Source of the DNA: Eledone cirrhosa | Lineage: Eukaryota | DNA: 64,000 bases | Assembly: GCA_964016885.1 (NCBI GenBank) | Contig: OZ024743.1 | Location: 339,574,001-339,638,000, forward strand | Direction of reading: 5' to 3' | Shown here: piece after piece, positions 27,430 to 41,560 of the stretch | Layout: each line of letters begins with the position of its first letter | Numbering within the stretch: position 1 is the stretch's first letter | Notes under the pieces: generated by a model | Databases searched by the model: none | Seen by the model: only the letters and a program-made list of their open reading frames with translations | What the model was told of the DNA's origin: nothing | Program-made: the position numbers and the translations under genes

Positions 27430-27756
27430 CTAGCTATCCCCGTCCCGTCAAAAATGACGGCTAATTGTAATATAAAAAAGAGATGTTTGTTGGTTTGTTG
27501 GTTGGTTGGTTAGTTCCTTCGCGCTCACTCACACAAACACACAAACACACAGCTGTGACGAATCTTAGAACGCTGGACTTACATAGTTTCTCACCCCCTC
27601 CTCAGTCATCACATAAATGTGTGTGCATTAGGCACTCCTTCCTTCCTCAGACGACATAATCATCCCTTCCTTCCCCAGTCGACATAATCACCCCTTCCTT
27701 CCTCAGCCATCTCTAGTGTGTAACGGACAAATACACACAGCTATTACATTAGTGGA
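27430..27756 (-). mobile_element. Second non-autonomous Helitron-like element
   Basis: Hairpin CCGTCA-AAAA-TGACGG next to a terminal CTAG, a candidate TC start at 27756, and short internal repeats. Confidence 0.5.
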
Positions 27757-27827
27757 TTCTAATTAACTTAATTACAGCCAGGATGTTTTAACAGCTTTTC
27801 TAATTTATTTACTACGCATCACACTAG

Positions 27828-27859
<32 letters not shown>

Positions 27860-28695
27860 CGTGTTTGTGTGCGTGTTTGGGTGTGTGTGTGTGCGTGTTT
27901 GGGTGTGTGTGGGTGTGTGTGTGTGTGTGCGTGCGTGTGTATGTACAGCATTTTCACACTGCATCCCATATGATTAATCAGTACATGTCAGAATGTGCAA
28001 TATAAATCTTAGGTTGGCGAAAGACAGTATATCTGAAACAATCGATAGATGAAACACGGCGAATCATTCGGCCAATTGCCGATGTGCCTAGGTCAGAGCT
28101 GACCAGGAACTAAACAACAACAATAACAACAACAATTTCAACAACCTCTATTTGTAATAATTACAGTTTTTCGAAAGACGTAGATTCAATCGCACAAACA
28201 TAAAACCTATCCCGTTTTGTTCTAAATCTAACATCTGACTGGCTCACTTGGTACATTCAGCGTTTTTTCTTTTCTTTTCGAGATAAGATTTCCTCTTTTC
28301 AAGATCTCACTACACCTTTTCACTTCTCCTTCTCTTCCTCAACCTTGATTCTCTCTCAAATAACGGTGGGTGCAAATCTATTTTCCTTTTTTTTCTTCTT
28401 CTTTTCTTTCTTTCTTTCCACTCAGTTTTATATATGTTATTCTCACTGATCTCCCATTTCTATCTACATTCCGCAACTCACTTCCTGTACATAATCCTCT
28501 CCCTAGATACTGACAGAAGATCCAGTAGAATCATTAACCACACCTAACTAACTTTCTAAGGAACGAACAAACAAACGAGTGAACGAACGGTCTAGCCAAC
28601 GAACCAACCCATACCTATACTTTCAGTTTAGGATGGTTTCCACAGAAAGACCCAGCAAAAGTTTCTCAATTATTACTTCAACATATACTCTAAGC

Positions 28696-28900
28696 CAGGC
28701 ATGTCAAACATGCGGCCTGCGGGTCTCATACGGCCCTTTACAAACACACCTGCGGCCCGCACAAAGGCTTTTACAACGTGAGCATGTTTTACTTTCGTAA
28801 AATTAGTTGTAATGTGCGCAATTAGTTGTCGTGTGTGGCCCTCAGACAACACATATGTGACCCATGTAGCCCTCGGGGGACCCTCAGTTTAACATGCCTG
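28696..28900. mobile_element. hAT MITE with an 8-bp TSD
   Basis: TIRs CAGGCATGTCAAAC / GTTTAACATGCCTG, with CTCTAAGC on both sides. Confidence 0.85.
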
Positions 28901-29675
28901 CTCTAAGCTGTACTAGAAAACAAGAATTAAACTCATGGTAAACTGTGGCTATAACTTGGTTTCAGTTCCCTGTTGATACAAATTCATTTCACTTAACATT
29001 GAGATAGCAGGAATTCTCACAATATACCATCGTTTACTTCGTCTAAAATATAGGGACTGCTTAATGAGTTCTGATTTGAGTGACATTGAATTTAAATTCT
29101 AGGCGGAGAGGTAACAAACAACCAAGTGTAAAAAAGAGGCCGATAACTCGCGTAATTTAAATCTCGTTCTTTTGTACAAAGAACTCTACCATAGGTCGCA
29201 TCCATAAGTACAAATTGATTGAATATGGGAATGTATAATGCTCAAAGGTATTAGAAACATAAGTAGGAAATGGAATTTCATCTTCCTAGTACAGGTATCT
29301 TCTACTCAAAAGCAACCCACCAGCACATATAATCGTTCATTCACATTATAATTGTTTCTACTTTTGGCACAAGGCCAGCAATTATCTCAGTGCATTACTG
29401 GTACTTTATTTATTCACATTATAATGTCACTTAATCTCTCTTATATACACATATATACATTAAGTCCGAACACAAAAGAACCAAACCCCACTGTCATCGC
29501 CTCCTGTTCTCCCCATCTTTATTGTGAGCAAATGGTGGACATTGAGCCTAAAATATAGATAACCCACAAACTATGCTAGAACATATCATTAGGCAGAAAT
29601 AAAGATTAAATACATTATTACTTTGTAAACTGAATACAAACAAATCAAGGTATATATATATATATATATATACTG

Positions 29676-29798
<123 letters not shown>

Positions 29799-30861
29799 AA
29801 AATCGTATTTGTAGAATCTACTTAGTGAAACATTTGAAGAGGATGTGCGTAAAAGAAATTTGACACATTATAGATGGGGTGGAAATGACCAAAATTTCAC
29901 ATTACTGACATGTTCAACGTGTGCAGCAGAAACTATGGAATTTCACATTTTAAAGAAGCAGAACATTTTTCATTCCAACAGGCACAGAACCTCTTAGGCA
30001 AAATAAGTGTTTCTATGGTAAACTAATACTGCATGTTTATCAAAAACTAATGTCTGCATCTAAAAGAAAATTGCAATAAGTTGAAAAAAATGCAGCAAAG
30101 TTCCAAATATTTAATAGCTATGTATTTACAGAAAATTGTGATCTTTCTCCTTAACAAGGTTTTCAGCCTAAGGTCTTTAGACTCGTTTAGAGGAGTAATT
30201 GCCGATTATTTATTTATTTATTTATTTAGGCTGTTGATTTGGCAGAGTTGCTAGAACGTTTGATATTTGTTCCCGGTCTCTGCGTTTTAAGTTCAAATCT
30301 CGCCAAAGTCCTCTTTACCTTTCATCCTTTCGGGGTCGATAAAGAAAGTACCAGTCCAATGCTGGTGCAGCCTTCTCTCATTCCAGCTGTCACATGTTGA
30401 ATATTCCGCTGACTCGAGGAAGAGAAGGCCGAGAAAGTGTCTGCGTCTACTTGCAACTACATGAGCATCTAAAACCCTTATCGAAAGCCTGATACATACT
30501 ACCAAGTCATACTTAATTGCGAGTGACGGCTGTAGGTTCAGGTAGGATTATTTATTTATCTACCTATCTATTTTACAAGTTGAGCAACCACACAAAGGTT
30601 TCGTTTTGGTCGTATGTAATTGTTTGAACAAAGTGCAGTTCCTAGGTCCAGTACACACGATATAGCAATTATCTGCTGCTGTTGTTGTTACTGTTATTGT
30701 TGTTGTTGTCATTGTTGTCATTATTCTGTAAACCCAGGTCGAACTGACTTATGGCTATATGCGTTCCACCCATGACCAACCCATCTTTTGTCAGGCATAC
30801 GTTAGCGAATGTATTATACTTCCTTTATTAAGATGACTCCAATGATGTTGATGATAACAAA

Positions 30862-30902
30862 GTGGTCGTGGTGGTGGTGGTGGTGGTAACTATGGCGGTA
30901 GA

Positions 30903-30962
<60 letters not shown>

Positions 30963-31108
30963 GGTGGTGGTAATGGTGAGGGGGATGGTAGTAGTGGCAG
31001 TGATAGCGGCGATGGTGGTAAAGAGGATGATGATGGATGTATTAGTGTTTGCAGTGTTAATGGTGGAAATGGTGGCAGTAATGGTAAAGATGATAATGAT
31101 GATGATGG

Positions 31109-31170
<62 letters not shown>
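30862..31170. repeat. (GAT)/(GGT) trinucleotide low-complexity tract
   Basis: Read directly from the sequence. Confidence 0.9.
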
Positions 31171-31171
<1 letters not shown>

Positions 31172-32702
31172 GGCGAAGGAAGTTGAAATCGAAGGTGATA
31201 ATGATCGGTGGTGGTGATAGTCGTGTGGAGGATAGATCGTTAGTTACACTGGTTGTACAGATGAGAGTACATGGCAGATGAGAGTAATGGCTGTTGTCTG
31301 ATGATGGTAAAGAAGATGATGAGGAAAAAAGTGGTGGAATGGTGATGATGATGAGGACTATAACGAAAACGGCAATGATGATGATGATGACGATGACAAC
31401 AGCAATTGCTCACAGACAGCTGTCGAGAGAGTGAGAGGTCCAGCTTTAAGAAGCTATAGATTAACTGACTGATAATGACAAGATTAACTGTCGACTGAAA
31501 TAGGATAACTTGTCTATTTCAGAATAGAAGAGACTACATTGTGAGAAGATGTAAACATTTTAATCTTCAGTTGAAAAACAAACGTATTGTCAGTGAGTAT
31601 CAGTTGATTTACCAAATAAAGATTCTTTGTTGTAACCCACCTACAACATTACAATAATCACCCTATCTTGTGTGAATTTTCTCCATACATCAACCACTAC
31701 CACGCTAAAATGAATTTAAAACAAATAATAAAAATGATAATCACCCAATCATTAAATCTTCTATTATATAGATAACGAAGAAGCTACTGCGCTTTCAATT
31801 TGACCGGCATAGTGTAGTAGTCAATTTTTTGCAACAATTACACTACATTCTGTAGTGGTAACATAGTGGGAGGTGGGGAGAGCGGGATAGGCGGAGGTAG
31901 TGACAGTAGGAATTTGGTTCCTTTGTGTTCGAATCTGGTATATATGTATATATTTATTTACCAAACGCATTTAGAATATAATCCTTCGAACAAATTACAC
32001 TACTGTCATAAAAAGTAGAGATAGAATGCTTGGGGTTCTTAATATAAGACAACCATTGATCAGTGTAAATGAATCTGGACTAAAATATCGATTTCTTGGT
32101 ATAAAGCCACAAAATTTGATTTGTATATTCAATCGACCTAAAAAAATAATTGATATTTATTTTATTGAACCATAAGGAATCAAAAGCAAAGTTAGCCCTG
32201 GCGGATTTGAACTCATAATATAGAATTCTAAGGCTTAAATTAATTACTGGGAGGAATATTATGATCTGACAGATGCCTCTGCCATGGATTTATCCCAATT
32301 GAACTGCTATAGTAACGACAACAAATACAACGACAATAACAACTCTCTATATATACATCCTTTTTGTCGCTTCGAATTCCCTTTCCCCTTTTCTCTTTAT
32401 CTGCCAATCTCTCAGACTCATGATAATAATAGTTTAGTTTAGTTTACTACATAATTAATTATTTCTATTTTAAACGCAAGGCCAGCAAATATTGAGGATG
32501 GACAAAGTTGATTAAATCGACACCAGTACTTGACTGGTACTTTATTTTATCGGCCTCAGAAGGATGAAAGACCGAGATGGGATATAAACTCAGAAGATAA
32601 AGAGCTAGAACAAATATCGCAATGCATTTTATCCGACGCTTTACCAATTTTGCCACTCAGTTTTACTATCTAATTAATAATGATAATTATAACAATAATA
32701 AT

Positions 32703-33638
32703 GCTTTCTTTATTAACCACAAGGATTGACATAAAGTATAACATTAAGGACAGCACAGGACTGTACAAATGGGAATTTCTGCCTGTAAAGAAGAGCAATA
32801 ACAAAGGAAGTCACACAAAAATAAAACAAAGAAAAATTCAAAAATAGGGAGGACACTTCCGAGGGTCACTCGTGGAGAAAGCCCACAAAAAGTCTCGGTG
32901 ACCCTGACCGCAAGTGCCCTCTCCCAGTTTTCCACATCCAGTCTACAGGCACATACTCAGAGCAGGCCCATTCACTCGGGCCATGTTCGCTTCCCTCACC
33001 CACCTTTCAACAAATTGCTGGGAAGGGAACACCCCCCCCCCCCCCCTCCACCCTGATTTCAAATGAAATTTGAAAAAGTTAATCAGGGCTTCGCCGAAGA
33101 GGTAAGAGCTCGTCTTCAACCCTTTCAGACGCGTCCGCCACACGAGCTCTTTCGCTGTGGCCACCAGGCAGTTAAAACTGCCTGCTCTTCCTGGTTAAAA
33201 GAAGGCGATGGGGCAATCTTCATGATGGACTCAGCTGATAGCCGGATCCATCCTACACGTGACAGCAGATGTTCGATATAAACCCACAAGTCAGGGATAC
33301 TCGGACACTGGACGAATGCGTGCAGAACGGTCTCTTCATGCTGCGTGTATCTCGGACAGGTCCGGCTGATGGCATTTCCATGCCGGTAGAGTTTATCTCA
33401 AATTGACAACACTCCCCGGTAGCACTGCCAGGCGAAGGATTTCTGGAAGTTATCCATTGGCGCTGGACCGAAAGTCCTCCGGAACATAATAGCTAGTTGG
33501 CTTTCGTCAACACCCAGAGTTTCCCCAAGGATGTCGTCGCTTTTTCCTTCCACTAATCCTCTATAGAACGTCAAGGTGGAGTTTCTACCGATCGCAGCGC
33601 CCGACTGGTCGAGGGCTGTGAGCGCCTGAAAACATTTC
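32703..33638 (-). mobile_element. 5'-truncated, decayed Tx1/L1-type LINE 3' end
   Basis: MDNFQKSFAWQCYRG and FVERWVREANMARVNGPALSMCL match ORF2 at 46843-47560. Has an (ATT)n tail. Confidence 0.88.
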
Positions 33639-34794
33639 AAGGCGAAGATGACTTTGAGCGGAATCGAACATGTAAAATAAAGGGAGGTAACTGCAATAAT
33701 GCAAAGAATGTTATAAAGAATTTACGAATGTGAGTGAATCCAGCAAAAAAAAAAAACTTGAGGAAGACGGCAAAAAAATGAGATTGGTGTTCAATTTTGT
33801 CGAACAGGCTGCTAATCAACAACTATTCATAGGCGCGACCCCACTACTCCTCAATACGGAGTCTTTTGTCTGCTGCGTTTCCGTCCTGGGCCGAAGCAAC
33901 CCTCCTTAGTCAACCGGGTCCTCGTGAGCTCTCTCTCCAGCACCATATTGATGCTGAGCTTAGTGCGGACACCTGATCGCCATAGAAGACCGACTACCAT
34001 GACTCCCATTCTCAAACCGGCCAACCAACTATGCTTCATAGGAGCTAGATTATAGGAGCACTGCACTACTCCCAGCGTTTTCAACTAGCCAAATTTTAAA
34101 CCTAACTTCACGGTAGAGGCTCGGACGCCATGCTTTGCAGCACAGTTACGTCCCTTTACAGACTGAGTTCAAATCCCGCCGAGATTAACTTTGCCTTTCA
34201 TCCTTACGGGGTCGATAAAATAAAGAACCAGTAATACACTGGGATAATTGCTGGCCTTGTGCCAAAAAGTAGAAACAATTAATTACATTAGATCAGAATC
34301 TTGATTTTTTTTTTTTAAACATACTTCATTTTAATATTGGAGGGTTTTAATAATTGTTTCTACTTTTGGCACAAGGCCAGAAAATTCACCAGTGCATTAC
34401 TGGTACTTTATTTTATCGACTCCGTAATAAAATAAAGTACCAGTAATGCTCTGGGTAATTGGAGAGTTTTAATGATAATCGAGAATTCTAATACATAATT
34501 TATTTGCGACTTCGTTTTTATGTAAAATATTCTCGTTCTAGAAAGCATGACGTCATCGTGGTGTTAGAAAGGAAGTAAATCTACATTCCAATTCGTTATT
34601 CCTACTCCATTGATAAAACGTATATGAAATCATTTATTAATGCAATTTATGGGAACTCTCTCGTTGTTAGAGTTGTGCATTTGCTGTGGACACCGCAAAG
34701 CACAACATAATCTTTTTAAAAGTCTGTTTGAATAAAATTGACTCGTAAAATATAATAAGTATAACTATCATCATCATCATCATCATTATCATTA

Positions 34795-35010
34795 CAGTCC
34801 ATTAATCCTTTTAGGGGTCGTTGGGACACTGCAGTGTCTAACGTTGGACTAACTGCCTCCATCTCAGGCGGTCATGGACGAGTGCATGGGTTGTGGCAAA
34901 GTTCTTCCCCGTCTACTCAGCTATATTGTCTGTCCACCGCTTCCTCTGCCTGTCACGCCTTTTCTTTCCCCGCACTGTTCCTTGGAGAATGGAGAATTGT
35001 CTCAGATTGT
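34795..35010 (-). mobile_element. RTE LINE 3' fragment
   Basis: ILQGTVRGKKRRDRQRKRWTDNIAE, followed on the element strand by (GAT)n. Confidence 0.6.
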
Positions 35011-35018
35011 TCGTTCGA

Positions 35019-35149
<131 letters not shown>

Positions 35150-35277
35150 TAAAGAGAAAGGGGGGGGGGGGGTAAAATCCCGACCTCGGCGCAAAGTCAG
35201 ATATCTAACAGTTATAGACGAACTAAAAGTTATCCAATGCATAGAGGTGTATTAATGAGATATCTAATATGTATATA

Positions 35278-35951
35278 TGTAGCGAAATCCCTTCACATTT
35301 TCCTACGATGTTCATTTTTCTTTTATTTGAATTGTTGTCGCCTGTTTTTCTGGGGAAAGCATCCCACTAGGTTATTTTCAGTATATCAGTGATAAGACTC
35401 TCTTCAGTATATTCTGCTCTCGTTTCTCGGATGAAGTAAACATCACACGAAGTTGTTTTAGCATGTAGAGAGATGTAGCGCTTAGCCAAAATCTCCTGCC
35501 CTCTCGACAAAGTTGGCACCTCGATAAAGATTAGTTCAATGCATCTTGTCAGACTACTACTGCATTCACACAAACCATCCACACAAACACAACATACAAT
35601 TCACTTGGTTCCTTGTTGTTTTCCTGTATTGTCAACAATAGTTTCAACATAAGTTATTTCATCATAAACATTATTATAGTAGCGATGTTTGTTATTGTTC
35701 GTCGGATATTTTTAATGGCCGCTTTATTTTCAACCTTCAACTTTCAACTACTGACTATGGCAACCAGTACAACCGCATACCTCGACTCTCTGAGACACAC
35801 ACTCAATTCATTGCCATAAGTCACAAACATTCCCACAGTGTTTATATAGGAGAGAGCAATTCAAGGAATCACCCATCAAGCCATCTTTACTACTGCAACA
35901 TGTCACGCCAAAACGAACCACAATACCAAACCAAAAACATCTCTCGCTACA
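35278..35951 (-). mobile_element. Putative solo LTR
   Basis: TGTAGCGA...TCGCTACA ends, with TATATAAA and AATAAA on the minus strand. Confidence 0.45.
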
Positions 35952-35983
35952 ACTAAAAAATAAATTCTATTAAAAAGTATATA

Positions 35984-36216
35984 TGTAGCGAAATCTGTCC
36001 ACGCCTTGAACCTTGGGTGACACCTAAAAGTCAAATTCTAGGTCACCATCCTTTCTCGGTGTGGACAGGCTATCCCTTCAAGGTGGGAGACAGAAAGCGA
36101 CAGGTATATAAAGCCTGTATCATCCCACGCTTAGACAGAGAGATCAGAGCACCACGATACAGACAAGCTGTGAAAGATTCACCGCTACCTTCAAACCGCA
36201 GAGGTCTACAGACCAT

Positions 36217-36299
<83 letters not shown>

Positions 36300-36499
36300 G
36301 GTCTCAGACTACACCAGCCTCACAACAACAACAACAAAATAACATTGTCGACCTTCGCAACTCGTGGTAACTTGTTTATTGTCCTTTTTGACTGAAGTGA
36401 AGTAAACCTTTATATATAAAGTAAATCGCTATTCTTGTTATTACATCTAACTACCATGTTAATCCATTTAACTACTACTACTAATACCCTTCCGTTATA
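35984..36499 (+). mobile_element. Putative solo LTR with an internal (CT)n
   Basis: Starts TGTAGCG and ends CGTTATA. Contains TATATAAAG and AGTAAA, with TATA flanks. Confidence 0.45.
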
Positions 36500-37857
36500 T
36501 ATATAAGTTTGATATTCGATGACGGTAAGCATATTAGTGATTCTATCAATAGGTGCACTTGGTTTTTATGTCCAGTATCACAGTCAATCATAAGAATGTC
36601 TCATTGTGTCCTCGTGTGCCTTTTATTGGAATCAACTTCATTGGAATCATTCAGAGGAATACCCGTGAGTTATGGTTTCTTCTTCCTTTTCAGTCTCAGA
36701 TATCCTACAAAAAGGTTACAGACAGCCTCTGCTGCTGCTGTTGATATGCCTCCTTCCTCACGAACTAAATAGTAAAAAAATATATTAATAAAAAAAGTAA
36801 AAAAGAACTCTTTGGAAAAAAAAAGCAAACTAATTCCGACTGGTTTCTTAACCAACATTCTTGGCACACCGACATACTGTTTTTCTCACATATACCTAGC
36901 AAATTCATGGCTACAACGGTCAATGTTGCTACTTCTTCCCCCAACCTTGTTCCACTCCAATTTAGTTCTATAAACTAACATCATAAACAGCCATTTGCTG
37001 TACTCATTCTCATCATGCTTCTCTCCCATTGAAACTCTCAGCAGCGGATGTATTGTATCAAGTAGGTAAAAATATTCCGCTCCAAATCTGATTCTGAATT
37101 CTTAATTCTCATTCTATTCATCTTGTTATTGTTGTTTTGTGTTGTTGTTACACCGACCTTCCTCTTAGACATCGATTTAACCTTCATAACATTAAAAAAA
37201 AATTAAAAAAATTAATCGCAAACGTCACCAGCACCCTTCATATACACTAAAATAATACCAACTACCGTTCCTTCCTGTTTCGATCGAAAACAATGTTTTC
37301 TAACATTGTTACAAGGTCACGCCACAAATTTATAGAAGGGATACAGTAATTTCTTTTCCACCTCGGAATGCTTAAAAGAAAAAGCAGCCTTGCCACAATT
37401 TCAATGAAGAAGGCTAAAAGAACGTAACTAAATAGTATAAAACACATTGTCTCGCTCTTTCAATTTTGTAAGTCAACACTCTTGAGTACAAAATATGCAT
37501 GTATAGATCATAACTCCTAAAGGTCTGTTTTATTTACTATATGATTTGGAGTTAGGACATTTCTACCAAGAGCACACAGGTGATAGACTTTTAGTTTTAA
37601 CGAAAAATAGAGTACTTTTCTCAAGATGTGGATCCTTTCGTAAATGAGCCCACCGAAGCTATGTTAGCGGGTGATTTTGGCGACCCCGGAAAGTATAAAA
37701 TGTGTGCTGGGAAAGCAGATATAGGTAGGGGCTGGCTGAGAGAGAGTCCTGACTCGACATAACAAATTGGTTTTCACCCATGTGTGGGTAATCCTAAATA
37801 TTTTTCAGGTTTTATGTTAAGTATATTGTATTTGAATTATTGAGTATTTGGCCCTCT

Positions 37858-38570
37858 ATAAAATAAAGTACCAGTACCACACTGGGGTCGATTTAATCGA
37901 CCCCCCCCCCCAATAAATTATTGGCCCTGTGCCTAAATCAGGAGCCATTACTAAATTCGTCGGACAACATGCTTTGAGGCATGAAGTTACGTCCCTTTAC
38001 GTCCGAGTTCAAATCCCACCGAGATTAGCTTTGCCTTTCATACTTACGGGGTCGATAAAATAAAGTACCAGTATCGCACTGGGGTCAATATGATTGACTT
38101 TCTTCTCCCCCAAATTGTTGGCCCTGTGGATTGGTAGTATCGGTAGAGCGTCGGACAATATTCTTTACGGCATAGAGCTACGGTTCTTTATAATCTGAGT
38201 TCAAATCCCGCCGAGGTTAACTTTGCCTTTCATCCTCACGGGATCGATAAAATAAAGTACCAGTAATGCACTGGAACGATTTAATTGACTTTCTCCTCCC
38301 CCAAAATTGCTGACCTTGTGCCTATATAAGAAACCATTATTATTTCACAGAAACGGCGGTAGATTGGTAGTATCGGTAGAGGGTCGGACGCCATGCTTTG
38401 CAGCACAGAGTTACGGCCCTTTATGATCTGAGTTCAAATCCCGCCGAGGTTAACTTTGCCTTTCATCCTTAAGGGGGCGATAAAATAAAGAACCAGCCAC
38501 GCACTGGAGACTTTCTCCTCCCTCACAAATTGCTGGCCTTGTGTCTAAATTAGAGTTCATTATCATTATT
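37858..38570 (+). mobile_element. Cluster of four partial or full tRNA-SINE copies (long-tail form)
   Basis: Repeated SINE core with the CACTGGGGTCGATTTAATCGAC..CCCCC insert. Confidence 0.85.
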
Positions 38571-38577
38571 ACTACAT

Positions 38578-38860
38578 GGAATCACGTGGCCTAGTTGTAA
38601 GGGTGTTAGACTTATGATCATAAAGGTATGGGTTCAATTCCTGGACAGGGTTGTGTGTTGTGTTCTTGAGCAAAACACTTCATTTCATGTGGCTCCAGTA
38701 TACTCAACTGAAAATGAGTACCAGTAATGGTTGAGAGTTTAATCCTGCGATGGTCTGGCGTCCTCTCCAGTGGGGAGGATTGTACTCTCAGTCGCTTACC
38801 ACCATGGAAACCGGGATAAGCACCGGCCTGATGAGCCTCCGGACTTGTGACAGACTTTAG
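38578..38860 (+). mobile_element. Second tRNA-derived SINE family (V-domain-like)
   Basis: A box GTGGCCTAGTTG, B box GGTTCAATTCC, then GTGTTCTTGAGCAAAACACTT and CTGCGATGG..GGAAACCGGGATAAGC.CCGGCCTGATGAGCC. The family assignment is from recall, not a search. Confidence 0.65.
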
Positions 38861-38881
38861 ACATTAGACTATCATTATTAT

Positions 38882-39630
38882 GGCGGTGGATTGGCAGTAT
38901 CGGTAGAGGGTCGGACGCCATGCTTTCCAGCATAGTTACGTCCCTTTACGATCTGAGTTCAAATCCCGCCGAGGTTGACTTTGCCTTTCATCCTTACGGG
39001 GTCGATAAAATAAAGTACCAGTAATGCACTGGGTAATTGCTGGCCTTGTGCCTAACGTAGAAACAATTATTATGGCGCGGTGGATTGGCAGTATCGGTAG
39101 AGGGTGGACGCCATGCTTTGACGTATAGAGTTACGGCCCTTGCCATTCTGAGTTCAAATCCCGCCGAGGTTAACTTTGCCTTTCATCCTTACGGGGGTCA
39201 ATAAAATAAAGTACCAGTAATGCACTGGGTAATTGCTGGCCTTGTGCCAAAAGTAGAAACAATTATTATGGCAGTATCGGTAGAGGGTCGGACGCCATGC
39301 TTTCTAGCATAGTTACGTCCCTTTACGTTCTGAGTTAAAATCCCACCGAGGTTAACTTTGCCTTTCATCCTTACGAGGTCGATAAAATAAAGTACCAGTA
39401 ATATACTGGGTAATTGCTGGCCTTGTGCCAAAAGTAGAAACAATTATTACTATCTAAGGGCGATGGATTGGCAGTATCGGTAGAGGGTCGGACGCCATGC
39501 TTTGACGCATTGAGTTACGGCCCTTGCCATTCTGTGTTCAAATCCTGCCGTGGTTAACTTTGCCTTTTATCCTTACGGGGTCGATAAAATAAAGTACCAG
39601 TAATGTGCCAAAAGTAGAAACAATTATTAC
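38882..39630 (+). mobile_element. Head-to-tail array of four tRNA-SINEs
   Basis: Copies joined through ATTATTAT / ATTATTACTATC. Confidence 0.92.
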
Positions 39631-40229
39631 TATCTTCATTATCTACATACTTGGGTGATCGTCTGCTTGTGATTCATCAAGGCATTGACTACGTCAGATC
39701 TATATAAAAATATCTTCTTCTGGTGCCACAGACACAGCTTATATGTCAATTTAGAATATTCTATGAATACCACCGACAGAACGACCGACCACGGATCTTC
39801 AGGAAATTCAAAAAAAATACACTTGTGCACGCATGATCTGACATACACAAACACATTCCTGAAATGCATGTATATGTATACATGTGTGTGGTGTATATAT
39901 ATATATATATATATATGGGGGGAGGGTGTATGTATATATATACACACGTATATATATATATGTGTGTGTGTGTGTATGTGTGTGTGTGTGTGTGTGTGTA
40001 TGTGTGTGTGTGTGTAGAACATACTGTTATGTCTCTCAATATTCCGTCAATGAGTAAACCTCAAAGCAGGCTGTTTCTTATTTTGGCACGCTTCCCAAAG
40101 ATGTTATATGCTAGATTTCTCTCTCCTTTCTCTTGAATTTCTATGTTTTGTTGAAAACATAGTTGCGAGAAACAACAATCGTTGTACAAGGAGGACCAAA
40201 CATCGCGTCTCCATTTAAATAATTTATAA

Positions 40230-40847
40230 TAATTGTTTCTACTTTTGGCACAAGGCCAGCAATTATTCCAATGTATTACTGGTACTTTATTTTATCGACC
40301 CCGTAAGGATGAAAGGCAAAGTTAACTTCGGCGGGATTTGAATTCAGACCATAAAGAGCCGTAACTCTTTGCTTCACAACATGGCGTCCGACCCTCTACC
40401 GATACTGCCAATTCACCGCCCTATAAATAATTTATAATAATGGTTTCTGATTAAGGCACAAGGCCAACAATTTTGGAGTGAGAAAGTTGATTAAATCGAC
40501 CCCAGTATGTTACAGCTACTTTATTTTATCGACCCTTTCAGGATGAAAGGTAAAGCTAACCTCAGTAGGATTTGAACTCAGAACGTAAAGAGCTGAACAA
40601 ATACTGTCCTATGCTCCAACAATTCTGCCAATCCACCGCCCTTCTAACTAATTTATAATAATTGTTTCTACTTTTGGCACAAGGCCAACAATTACCGCAG
40701 TGCATTATTGCTGCTTTATTTTATCGACCCCATAGGATGAAAGGCAAAGTCAACCTCGGCGGGATTTGAACTCAGATCGTAAAGGGACGTAACTATGCTG
40801 GAAAGCATCGCGTCCGACCCTCTACCGATACTACCAATCCACCGCCC
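40230..40847 (-). mobile_element. Head-to-tail array of three tRNA-SINEs
   Basis: TAATTTATAATAAT occurs at all four boundaries. Confidence 0.9.
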
Positions 40848-41164
40848 TTAACTAATTTATAATAATAACTAATTTATAATAATGAAATAATAATTTTGCG
40901 ACTAATAGCGTGATTTTTGGTTTACCCTGTATGTTAAGAGTTCTCTTTTATTAGACAGACAAAGCGGCAGACAGAATGTCGTACTGGCGGATGGAAAGAC
41001 AAATACAGACAGTCGATGGACAGGCAGAGTGATGTATACATACATACACACATGTATACATACATGCACACATACATACATACATACATACATACATACA
41101 TACATACATACATACATACATACATACATACATACATACATACAAAAGAAAAACTACAAGCCAA

Positions 41165-41560
41165 TCTAGCAATATTTTTTATCAACGGCCTAACTGTTTC
41201 ACCGATATCTGACGAGGACTGCTACAGGTACCTAGGGATAGATGAGAATATATCCTATGATGGTATCTGTAGCATGGAACGCATAACCAGGGAATATTAC
41301 ACCCGATTAAGAAAAATATGGTCATCTGAATTCTCTGCACACAATAAAACAGTGGCTCACATTGTGTTTGCTGTACCTGTCCTAACACCAACGTTTGGAA
41401 TACTCGATTGGACGATAGACGAAATCCGAGCAATTGAGGTTAAAAACAGAAAAATCCTAAACAACACCGTGACATAGACCGCCTAAACTTGAAACGTAAG
41501 CAGAGAGCATTTGAATGTCGCATCATATCCTTCCGACAACATTTACGAACTTCCAAGCGG
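41165..41560 (+). pseudogene. Divergent R4/Dong RT fragment
   Basis: YRYLGIDE..ITREYYTRLRKIWSSE.SAHNK..FAVPVLTPTFGILDWT..RKIL. Confidence 0.8.

Noticed and set aside
35370-35420. Minus-strand CTGAAGA...GAAA hammerhead-like spacing
   Set aside because: Stems I and III cannot be formed.
36510-37750. Possible host exons or a viral remnant in non-repetitive-looking DNA
   Set aside because: Only short frames with stops, no recognisable domain and no consistent splice pattern. Small exons cannot be excluded without RNA data.
38828-38850. CTGATGA suggesting a hammerhead
   Set aside because: No GAAA follows a stem II, and it is part of the V-like SINE tail.
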